Of a stretch of DNA of 17,557 nt, positions 1-7,307 are shown piece by piece. The position numbers and the translations under genes were made by a program. The notes under the pieces were generated by a model, which worked only from the letters and a program-made list of their open reading frames with translations, did not search any database and was not told where the DNA came from. Source of the stretch: an uncultured Candidatus Rokubacteria bacterium (GTDB lineage: Bacteria > Methylomirabilota > Methylomirabilia > Rokubacteriales > DASRDR01); contig CAVPSB010000046.1 in the NCBI GenBank assembly GCA_963708025.1, positions 1-17,557 on the forward strand. The letters are read 5' to 3'. Each line of letters opens with the position of its first letter. The stretch's first letter is position 1.

Positions 1-45
1 GACCACAGGCACGACGGCGTCGTAGCGCTTCGTTCCCGCGCTCAT
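1..45 (-). CDS. Partial N-terminus of the next gene (MSAGTKRYDAVVPVV...), possibly a flavin-binding oxidoreductase; runs off the left edge
   Basis: ATG at 45-43 overlaps the Rieske stop as ATGA (translational coupling). 'RYDAVV' resembles the first beta-strand of FAD Rossmann folds, but no GxGxxG is visible in the 15 codons present. Confidence 0.35.
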   Translation of the reverse strand, partial: MSAGTKRYDAVVPVV

Positions 46-1253
46 TCCCCGTCGCCCATGGCCGCGAGGTAATACCGGTTGAAGTACTGCGGGCCGGCCT
101 CCTGCCCCACGTGCACACCCTGGACGTGAGCCCGGGATCGGTTGCCGCGCTGGGCCAGCTCGCACACGCGCCAGTCCTGGCGGTTCGTCAGATCCCAGAA
201 CTCGACGGCATCGCCCGGGTCGAAGCCCTCGGCGGCCATCGTCTCCGGCGCGAACAGCCACTCGCAGACGATCCGGGTCCGGTCCGGCGCGACCGGCCAC
301 AGGGTGTGGGTCAGGACGTAGTCCGGCAGGAGGCTCAGGAACAGGTTGGGATAGACGGTGTTGTAGTAGACCCGCCGGTGGTCCTCGGGGACCAGCCCCG
401 GCAGCGCCGGTCGGCGGCCGTCGCCCTGGATCGTCAGCGTGGCGAAGTCGTCGGCCAGGTCCATCCACGCGCCACCGCGCCAGGCGCGCTCGCCCTCCAG
501 GCGCGGGGCGCCGCCGCCGAGGTAGGGCGTCCCCCGGTTCAGCGCCGGGTGGATCAGGGGGCAGTGGTAGCACTCGCCGAAGTTCTCGACCAGGAGCTTC
601 CAGTTCGCGGCGACGTCGTACTCGATCCGGTGCGCACGCCGCAAGGCCGAGAGCCCGAAGCGCGCGTAGTAGGTCGAGAGCCCGCCCAGCTCCACGGCGA
701 GGGGCGGCGGGTCGGTTGCCAGGTTGAGCCACACGAATCCGCCCCACGACGCCGTGTGGACGGGGTACAGGGGATAGTCGGCCTTCTGGAAGTCCGGCAT
801 CCGCACCATGTACCGCGTCCCCTGGAGCCGGCCGTCGAGGCCGTAGGTCCAGCCGTGGTAGGGACAGGTGATCCCGTGGCGGGGAAACCGGCCGCTCGCC
901 GCCTCGCAGAGGACGGTCCCGCGATGTCGGCACACGTTGTAGAAGGCGCGGATGGCCCCGGTCCGGTCGCGCACGACGATCACGCTCTCGCCGGCCACGT
1001 CGCGCAGCGCGTACTCGCCCGGCTGCGGCCACTCCTCCTCGCGCCCGGCGCACAGCCACTTCGTGTAGAAGAGCCGCTCGCGCTCGCGCTCGTAGACGGC
1101 GGGATCGACGTAGTCCCTGCTCGGGAGGCTCGGGGCGGGCCGGCCGAGCACCCGCACGCCGAGGGCCCGGGCCACCGGGGCGCCGCCCTCCGGATCGTCA
1201 ACGTCACGGACGACCGGCGCCAGCGGGCGATCCCCGTACGGGTCGCTCATCAC
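42..1253 (-). CDS. Rieske non-heme iron oxygenase, alpha (catalytic) subunit; GbcA/Stc2/CntA/choline-monooxygenase-like
   Basis: Rieske ligands CRH(RG)...CPYH(GWTY), mononuclear Fe motif ENFGECYHCPLIHP and distal Asp in NRQDWRVCE. SD-like GGAGAGG precedes GTG 1253 / ATG 1250. Confidence 0.93.
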   Translation of the reverse strand: MMSDPYGDRPLAPVVRDVDDPEGGAPVARALGVRVLGRPAPSLPSRDYVDPAVYERERERLFYTKWLCAGREEEWPQPGEYALRDVAGESVIVVRDRTGAIRAFYNVCRHRGTVLCEAASGRFPRHGITCPYHGWTYGLDGRLQGTRYMVRMPDFQKADYPLYPVHTASWGGFVWLNLATDPPPLAVELGGLSTYYARFGLSALRRAHRIEYDVAANWKLLVENFGECYHCPLIHPALNRGTPYLGGGAPRLEGERAWRGGAWMDLADDFATLTIQGDGRRPALPGLVPEDHRRVYYNTVYPNLFLSLLPDYVLTHTLWPVAPDRTRIVCEWLFAPETMAAEGFDPGDAVEFWDLTNRQDWRVCELAQRGNRSRAHVQGVHVGQEAGPQYFNRYYLAAMGDGE

Positions 1254-1360
1254 GATGCCTCTCCGGTGTCCACCGTTCTCCTCGAGTCTGCCGGCTGGTT
1301 TGCTCGACTGCCGTCACATCGTAGCAGAGAATGCCGGCAGCCGCTGCGCGGGGCCCGTGC

Positions 1361-1377
1361 TCCGGCACTATGCCGGA
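1361..1377. promoter_or_regulatory. Perfect inverted repeat TCCGGCA-cta-TGCCGGA, candidate operator in the divergent intergenic region
   Basis: 7-bp arms with a 3-nt spacer between the Rieske gene and the ModE/Mop-ABC operon. Confidence 0.35.
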
Positions 1378-1407
1378 CAGAGCAGATCAGTCGGGAGCGC
1401 CCCGGAC

Positions 1408-1437
1408 CGCCCCGGTGGTCCACCGGGGCGCTATAAT
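1408..1437 (+). promoter_or_regulatory. 11-bp-arm palindrome (CGCCCCGGTGG-t-CCACCGGGGCG) immediately followed by a perfect -10 hexamer TATAAT (1432-1437)
   Basis: Seen directly. TATAAT ends 9 nt before ATG 1447, which has no SD, consistent with a (near-)leaderless transcript. Confidence 0.5.
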
Positions 1438-1446
1438 CCGAGCACG

Positions 1447-1733
1447 ATGTCTCCCCGAGCCCCGGACCGCCCGCCGCGGCCCCGCCGGAAGGGGCCGAGA
1501 GCGCGCGTGCCCATCCAGCCCCGGCTCAAGGTCTGGGTCGTCCGGAACGTGCTCAAGGGGAAGGTGACCGACGTGGGGGCGCCACGACCGCGCGCGTCAA
1601 GATCGACATCGGCGGCGGGAACGTGATCACCGCCAGCATCACCAACGAGGCGGTCGACGAGCTGCGCCTGGCCACCGGCGACACCGCCTACGCCGTGATC
1701 AAGGCGTCCGCCGTCATGATCGGCAAGGACTGA
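1447..1733 (+). pseudogene. mop: Molbindin/Mop (TOBE) molybdate-binding protein, frameshifted at the G-run 1575-1579, preceded in frame by a short ModE-like N-terminal stub
   Basis: Frame 1 gives ...PRLKVWVV-RNVLKGKVTDV. After a shift at ~1577 the second frame gives GATTARVKIDIGGGNVITASITNEAVDELRLATGDTAYAVIKASAVMIGKD* (TGA 1731-1733), the classic Mop signature ((SA)RN.L.G, ITASIT..AV..L.L..G, IKAS). Confidence 0.8.
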
Positions 1734-1737
1734 GCCC

Positions 1738-2829
1738 GTGCGCTGCGAGAACGGCGCGGGCTCATCGAGGCCGCTCGCCCGGCGCCCGCTCGCACGATCG
1801 GCGCTCGCCCTGGGGCTGGCTCTCCTGCCGGCCCTGGGCCAGGCGGCGGACTCTCGCACGCTGCTGGACGGCGCCGGCCGGCGCGTCGAGGTGCCGCCGC
1901 GGGTCGAGCGCGTGTACGCCGCCGGCGGCCCGGCGACGATCTTCCTCTACGCGCTCGCGCCCGGCGCGCTCTTGGGCTGGACCCGGCCGCTCACGCCGGA
2001 AGAGCAGGCCTTCATTCCCACGCCCTACGCGGGCCTGCCAGTCCTCGGCCGGCTCACCGGCCGGGGCAACACGGCCAGCGTCGAGGTCGTGCTCGCTGCC
2101 CGTCCCCACGTGATCCTCGACTACGGCGTCGTGAACCCGACCTACGTGGCGCTCGCCGATCGCATCCAGCAGCAGACCGGGGTCCCCTACCTGCTCTACG
2201 ACGGTAGCCTCTCGGCGATGCCCCGGGCCCTCGAGCAGGCGGGGGACCTGCTCGGCGTCCCTGAGCGCGCCGCCCGGCTGGCCCGCTACGCGGAGGGGTT
2301 GCTGCGCGACGTGGACGCCCGCCTGGCCCGGCTCCCGTCCGAGCGACGCCCGCGATTCTACTACGCCCGCGGCCCCCGCGGGCTGGAGACCGCGACGAAG
2401 GGCGCGATCAACGTCGAGGGCATCGAGCGGCTCGGCGCGCGGAACGTGGCCGGGGAGCGGCCCGGCTCGCCCGGCACCACCGTCGTCTCTCCGGAGCAGG
2501 TCCTCGGCTGGGACCCGGAGGTCATCATCACGATCGACCCCGCGTTCTTCGCCCGGGTGCGGACGGATCCGGTGTGGCGGGACGTCCGGGCGGTGCGCGA
2601 CGGCCGCGTCCACCTGGTGCCCCCGGACCCGTTCCCCTGGGTGGACTTCCCGCCGTCCGTCAACCGGCTCATCGGCCTTCGATGGCTCGGCCGCGTCCTC
2701 TACCCGGACCTGTTCCCGGAGGACCTCCGGCAGGAGACGCGGGCCTTCTACGCCCTCTTCTATCACCGGGCCCCGGACGACCGGCAGCTCGACGCCCTCC
2801 TGGCCGGGATCGAGCGGGGCCGCCCCTGA
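1738..2829 (+). CDS. ABC transporter substrate-binding protein, helical-backbone FecB/BtuF/TroA-like family
   Basis: Signal-peptide-like N-terminus, then LLDGAGRRVEVPPRVERV, VSPEQVLGWDPEVII, WRDVRAVRDGRVH and PFPWVDFPPSVNRLIG. It heads a permease plus ATPase. Confidence 0.9.
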   Translation: MRCENGAGSSRPLARRPLARSALALGLALLPALGQAADSRTLLDGAGRRVEVPPRVERVYAAGGPATIFLYALAPGALLGWTRPLTPEEQAFIPTPYAGLPVLGRLTGRGNTASVEVVLAARPHVILDYGVVNPTYVALADRIQQQTGVPYLLYDGSLSAMPRALEQAGDLLGVPERAARLARYAEGLLRDVDARLARLPSERRPRFYYARGPRGLETATKGAINVEGIERLGARNVAGERPGSPGTTVVSPEQVLGWDPEVIITIDPAFFARVRTDPVWRDVRAVRDGRVHLVPPDPFPWVDFPPSVNRLIGLRWLGRVLYPDLFPEDLRQETRAFYALFYHRAPDDRQLDALLAGIERGRP

Positions 2830-3874
2830 CGGCCCCAGAAGGGCAGCCCGCACCCTCCGCGGCGGGTCGCCAGCCGACCATCGGCTTCGCCGTGGCGGCC
2901 GGCGCGCTCGTCGCCCTGGTCGTGGTCGCCTTCGCGGTGGGTCGCTTCCCGGTGGCGCCGGCGGATCTCCTCCGGCTCCTGTGGGCCAAGCTCGTCGGCG
3001 CGCCGCACGGGCTCCCCCCGACCCTGGAGACCGTGGTCTTCCGGGTCCGGGGCCCGCGGGTGCTCGCCGGCATCGCCGTCGGAAGCGCCCTGGCCGCGGC
3101 CGGCGCTGCCTACCAGGGCCTCTTCCGCAATCCCCTCGTCTCCCCCGACATCCTGGGCGTCTCCTCGGGAGCGGCGCTGGGGGCGGCCCTCGGGATCTAC
3201 TTCTCGCTCGGGGTCGCCGGCATCCAGGGGCTGGCCTTCGCCCTGGGCCTCGTCGCCGTGGTCGTCGTCTACGCGATCGGCACCGCGCTCGGGCGGCACG
3301 ACCCCGTGCTCGTCCTCGTCCTGGCCGGCGTGGTGATCGGGACGCTGCTGGGCTCGTGCGTGTCGCTGCTCAAGTACCTCGCCGATCCCTACAACCAGCT
3401 GCCGGCGATCACCTTCTGGCTCCTGGGCAGCCTCTCGGCCGTGACGGCGACCGACGTGCTCGCCGTCCTCCCGGCGGTCGTGGCGGGACTGGCACCCCTC
3501 TACCTCCTCCGGTGGCGCATGAACGTGATGACGCTCAGCGAGGACGAGGCGCGGGCGCTGGGCGTGGACACCCGGCGGGTGCGCCAGGTCGTCATCGGGG
3601 CGGCGACGCTGATGACCGCCGCCGCCGTGTCCATCAGCGGCGTCGTCGGCTGGATCGGCCTCCTCGTCCCGCACGTGGCGCGCCTGCTCGTCGGTCCCGA
3701 CTTCCGGCGCCTCCTGCCGGCGTCGATGCTCCTGGGCGCCGGCTACCTGCTCGGGTCGACACCCTCGCCCGGACGCTGGCCCCCATCGAGATCCCCCTCG
3801 GCGTCCTCACCGCCTTCCTCGGCGCCCCGGTGTTCGTGTGGCTCCTAGCAGCCTCGCGAAGGACCTGGTCGTAG
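2826..3874 (+). CDS. FecCD/BtuC-family ABC permease, frameshifted at GGG 3753-3755; start uncertain (CTG 2826 or GTG 2892)
   Basis: Motifs RGPRVLAGIAVGSALAAAGAAYQGLFRNPLVSPDILGVSSGA, EDEARALGV and GVVGWIGLLVPHVAR. The conserved tail VDTLARTLAPIEIPLGVLTAFLGAPVF continues in another frame to TAG 3872-3874; one extra G restores LLG-VDT. Confidence 0.9.
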
Positions 3875-3876
3875 AG

Positions 3877-4689
3877 ATGCGGCTCGAGGTGGAGCGGCTC
3901 GCCTTCGGGTATCCCGGTCGGCCCGTGGGCGCCGACGTGAGCTTCAGCCTCGAGCCCGGCGAGGTCCTGTGCTGGCTGGGGCCGAACGGCGGGGGCAAGA
4001 CGACGCTGCTCCGAACGATCCTGCGCCTGCTGGAGCCGCGCGGCGGCACCGTCCGCGTCGGCGGGGAGTCCGTCGCGCGCTGGTCGCGGACCCGCCTGGC
4101 CCGGGTCTTCGGCTACGTCCCTCAGTCGCAGGTGGGGGGCTTCCCCTTCACCGCCCGCGAGGTCGTGCTGATGGGGCGGACCGCCCACTTCGGGGTCTTC
4201 GCGAGCCCCTCGGGGCACGACCGTGCGGTGGCCGACGAGACCCTGTCCGCGCTCGGGATCCTGCCGCTGGCCGACCGCCCCTACACCGAGCTCAGCGGCG
4301 GCGAGCGGCAGCTCGCGCTCGTCGCCCGGGCCCTCGCCCAGGAGCCGCGCATCTTGATCATGGACGAGCCCACCGCGAGCCTGGACTTCGGCAACCAGGT
4401 CCGGGTCCTCGCCCACGTCCAGGCCCTGGCCGCGCGCGGCATCGCGGTGATGCTCTCCACGCACGACCCGGATCAGGCGTTCCTGTGCGCGCACCAGGTG
4501 GCGGTGCTCAACGAGGGCCACCTGGCCGGGCTCGGACCGCCCACCGCCGTGATCACTCCGGAGACGCTGCGCACCCTCTACGGCATCGAGGTCGACGTCG
4601 TGACCCTCCAGAGACCCGACGGCGGCGCGGTCCGGGTGTGCCTGCCTACCCTGGCGACCCGGTATGACGACGGTCGTCCGCCTCGCTGA
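3877..4689 (+). CDS. ABC transporter ATP-binding protein (FecE/FepC/BtuD family)
   Basis: Walker A GPNGGGKTT, Q-loop YVPQ, signature LSGGERQ, Walker B ILIMDEP, H-loop STHD. ATG 3877 lies 2 nt after the permease stop. Confidence 0.95.
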   Translation: MRLEVERLAFGYPGRPVGADVSFSLEPGEVLCWLGPNGGGKTTLLRTILRLLEPRGGTVRVGGESVARWSRTRLARVFGYVPQSQVGGFPFTAREVVLMGRTAHFGVFASPSGHDRAVADETLSALGILPLADRPYTELSGGERQLALVARALAQEPRILIMDEPTASLDFGNQVRVLAHVQALAARGIAVMLSTHDPDQAFLCAHQVAVLNEGHLAGLGPPTAVITPETLRTLYGIEVDVVTLQRPDGGAVRVCLPTLATRYDDGRPPR

Positions 4690-4790
4690 GGGCGGAAGCC
4701 GTCAGGTCAACGAGCCGGGCACCCCCCCACCCGTGGCGCCGCGGGCGAGCCCATCGTGTTAGGCTTCATCGAGGCTGCTCGATCGCGCGC

Positions 4791-5048
4791 TCAGCCACGC
4801 CCCCCGTGGGTGTGGGGGCCGGCGCCCGACCCGTGACTGTGCCCGTGGTGGGACCAGCCGCGCGGTCGAGCCGGCGGCGCGGAGCGCTCGCCGGCGCCCG
4901 GCTTGGAGAAGGTCATGGGCATGGTGAAACAGCGCTGGCTCTCGGCGCCGTCGACGGGGCAGAAGGCCGGATCGGTGGCCTGGGCGATGGGACGCGACAC
5001 CTCGAACTCGAGCCCGCAGCGGCTGCAGCGGAAGTCGTAGAGCGCCAT
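4791..5048 (-). CDS. FmdB-family zinc-ribbon protein with a His-rich C-terminal tail
   Basis: MALYDFRCSRCGLEFE...CPVDG matches the MPxYxYxCxxCGxxFE...CPxCG pattern. Tail HHGHSHGSGAGPHTH. Strong SD (GGAGAGAGGAGG). Confidence 0.85.
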   Translation of the reverse strand: MALYDFRCSRCGLEFEVSRPIAQATDPAFCPVDGAESQRCFTMPMTFSKPGAGERSAPPARPRGWSHHGHSHGSGAGPHTHGGRG

Positions 5049-5136
5049 GGCGTCGGTCGAGACCTCCTCTCCTGGTCAGACACCCACCCTTCCCCAGCAG
5101 GGTGACGCGACCATCCTACCCCACCCGGAGGAAGCA

Positions 5137-5802
5137 GTGTCCACTCGCGTGCTTCTCGTGTCCCCAGCCGAGCTGCCGTTCACGATCCTGGACGACTGGC
5201 GCGCCCAGTGCGGCTCGCTGGCGGAGTTCCTCGGGAGCCCCGTGGAGCTGTGGCGTCTCGACGGCGGGCCGGAGCCCGAGGGGTGGCTCGCCGACGCCTT
5301 GCGCGGACTTTCCGCCGAGCGGGTGGAGGTCATCCCGCCCCGCGGGGCCGCCTCGGCCGCGCCGATGTCCGCGGCGCCGTTCCTGTGGCGCCCGGATGGC
5401 CGTCCCGACTGGGGGGCGATGTGGAGCAGCTTCTGCGAGCTGGCGCTCTTCGGGGGGCCTCCGCACCGGGGACCCGAGAGCGCCCTGGTCGCCGTCACGG
5501 ACGGCGGCCGGGCGGGGGGCGGCAGCGCGGTCGAGGAGATCCGGCGGGGCATCTGGGAGACGACCGGGCTCTACTCCGAGCCGGCGGCGCCCGGCTGGCT
5601 CGCCGTCACCTGCGACTCGCCCCGGATGGCGGCCTGGCTGTGCGCCACGATCATCCTCGAGAACGTGGCCGCCCGCTGCGACGAGGAGCGGCTCCTGGTC
5701 CCGGCCGATCCCGGCTTCTTGCTGGAGGACCAGGTGAAGAGCGTCATCACCGTCGTCGCCAAGACGCACCACTACTGGAGCGCGCACGTCGCCGGGAGCT
5801 GA
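5137..5802 (+). CDS. Uncharacterised protein with Cys/His motifs, resembling a domain found in some CbiX/cobaltochelatase-annotated proteins
   Basis: GGAGG SD before GTG 5137. Motif-like blocks PMSAAPF..DGRPDWGAMWSSFCELALFGGPPHRG, EIRRGI..TTGL, MAAWLCATIILENV and VKSVITVVAKTHHYWSAH. The CbiX association is recalled, not verified by search. Confidence 0.7.
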   Translation: MSTRVLLVSPAELPFTILDDWRAQCGSLAEFLGSPVELWRLDGGPEPEGWLADALRGLSAERVEVIPPRGAASAAPMSAAPFLWRPDGRPDWGAMWSSFCELALFGGPPHRGPESALVAVTDGGRAGGGSAVEEIRRGIWETTGLYSEPAAPGWLAVTCDSPRMAAWLCATIILENVAARCDEERLLVPADPGFLLEDQVKSVITVVAKTHHYWSAHVAGS

Positions 5803-5838
5803 CCCGGCGGTTCACCTCGAGCCAGAGGAGAACAGGCG

Positions 5839-7203
5839 ATGGAACGTGATGCCCGGGGCGTGCCCGTCTCGTGTTCCGACCGGTCGGCGCTGGATCTCTA
5901 CGAGAAGGCCCTGGTCCAGTACCAGAGCTACGTCGGCGATCCGATCGCCACCATCGACGAGGCCCTGACCCGCGCGCCGGACTTCGTCGTGGGCCACGTG
6001 TTCCGGGCGACGGTGCTGATGACGCTGACCGAGCGGCGCTTCGCCGAGCAGGCCCGGACCAGCGTCGCCTCGGCGGAGGCCCTCCTGCCCCACGCCGGTC
6101 CCCGCGAGCAGGGACTGGTGGCGGCGGCTCGCCGGCTGGCGGACGGCGACTGGGACGCCGCCTGTGCCGCGTTCGACCGGGTCCTCGTCGACCATCCGCG
6201 CGACGCGTTCGCGATCCAGTCGGCCCACGTGATGGACTTCTTCCGGGGTGATTCCCTGAACCTGCGCAACCGGGTCTCGCGCGTGCTGCCCCACTGGAGC
6301 CCGGGCGTGCCGGGCTACTCCTACATCCTGGGGATGCACGCCTTCGGCCTCGAGGAGTGCAACCAGTACCCGCAGGCGGAGGAGGCCGGCCGCCGGGCCC
6401 TGGCCCTCCAGCCGAAGGACGGCTGGGCGGTGCACGCGGTGACCCACGTCATGGAGATGCAGGGTCGCATCGACGAGGGCATCGAGTGGCTGGAGTCCCG
6501 CGAGGCGGACTGGGCGCCCGACAACGGGTTCGCCTTCCGCAACTACTGGCATCTGGCGCTCTACTACCTCGACCGGCAGCAGTACCCCCAGGTGCTGGCG
6601 CTCTACGACACCCGCCTGCACGCCGCGCCGCCGGAGTACGCCCTCCAGCTGCTGGACGCCACCGCCCTGCTCTGGCGCCTCCACCTGGACGGGGTGGACG
6701 TCGGCGGCCGGGCCGGCGCCCTGGCCGACAACTGGGCCGGCCGGCTGGAGTCGGAGCGGGGCTTCTACGCCTTCAACGACCTGCACGCCATGATGGCCTT
6801 CACGATGGCGGGGCGTGAGCCCGAGGCCGCCCGGCTCCTGGACGACCTGGAGTGGACGGCGAAGAGCGGCACCGGCACCAACGTGGTGATGACGCGGGAT
6901 GTCGGGTTGCCGGTCTGCCGGGGCATCCAGGCGTTCGGGCGCGACCGCTACGCCGAGGCCGCCCGCCATATCGAGCCGGTGCGCGACACCGCCGCCCGGT
7001 TCGGCGGCAGCCACGCCCAGCGCGACGCGCTGACGCTCACCGTGATCGAGGCCGCCCTCCGGAGCGGACAGCCCGCGCTGGCGCGGCACTACATCGCCGA
7101 GCGCACCGTGCACAAGCCGGCCAGCGCCTGGGGATGGCGCTTGCTGGCCCGGGCGACCTCGCGGCCCGGCGAGGCGCCGGCCGAGGCGACCGGGCGCGTC
7201 TGA
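5839..7203 (+). CDS. TTC38/StaR-like tetratricopeptide-repeat protein
   Basis: Family motifs GMHAFGLEE, DGWAVHAVTHVMEMQGR, NYWHLALY, LLDATALLWRL, FNDLHA and FGGSHAQRD. SD GAGGAG. Confidence 0.9.
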   Translation: MERDARGVPVSCSDRSALDLYEKALVQYQSYVGDPIATIDEALTRAPDFVVGHVFRATVLMTLTERRFAEQARTSVASAEALLPHAGPREQGLVAAARRLADGDWDAACAAFDRVLVDHPRDAFAIQSAHVMDFFRGDSLNLRNRVSRVLPHWSPGVPGYSYILGMHAFGLEECNQYPQAEEAGRRALALQPKDGWAVHAVTHVMEMQGRIDEGIEWLESREADWAPDNGFAFRNYWHLALYYLDRQQYPQVLALYDTRLHAAPPEYALQLLDATALLWRLHLDGVDVGGRAGALADNWAGRLESERGFYAFNDLHAMMAFTMAGREPEAARLLDDLEWTAKSGTGTNVVMTRDVGLPVCRGIQAFGRDRYAEAARHIEPVRDTAARFGGSHAQRDALTLTVIEAALRSGQPALARHYIAERTVHKPASAWGWRLLARATSRPGEAPAEATGRV

Positions 7204-7216
7204 GACGCAATCGGCC

Positions 7217-7283
7217 CCTCCGGGTCCCCCTCCCCCGGTGGGTGGGGGAGGGCGGTCGGGGGGGCAGGCGGGAGGTTCCGAAC
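7217..7283 (+). repeat. Hairpin-forming intergenic repeat, copy 1
   Basis: CCTCCGGGTCCCCCTCCCCCGGTGGGTGGGGGAGGGCGGTCGGGGGGGCAGGCGGGAGGTTCCGAAC aligns end to end with the reverse complement of 8104-8171. Internal 9-bp stem 7228-7236/7244-7252. Confidence 0.85.
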
Positions 7284-7288
7284 CTCCC
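7270..7288. terminator. Perfect hairpin GGGAGGTT-CCG-AACCTCCC between convergent genes; possible terminator or mRNA-stabilising stem
   Basis: 8-bp perfect stem between the stops at 7203 and 7308. There is no U-tract, so terminator function is uncertain. Confidence 0.35.
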
Positions 7289-7307
7289 CTGAGCGTCGAA
7301 GGGAAGC

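Noticed and set aside
111..1436. Long antisense and alternative-frame ORFs (e.g. 111-1436, 1762-2853, 5812-8148, 8059-10137, 10835-12808, 13636-14988)
   Set aside because: They are shadows of well-supported genes in very GC-rich DNA: low-complexity R/G/P/A-rich translations with no motifs.
1254..1446. Cobalamin or Moco riboswitch, or a full ModE box, upstream of the metal importer
   Set aside because: No B12-box or Moco consensus is recognisable. CGCTATAA resembles only a ModE half-site and is explained by the -10 element.
5047..5136. ORF start at 5047 overlapping the zinc-ribbon start head to head
   Set aside because: GTG 5137 has a GGAGG SD and leaves room for divergent promoters.
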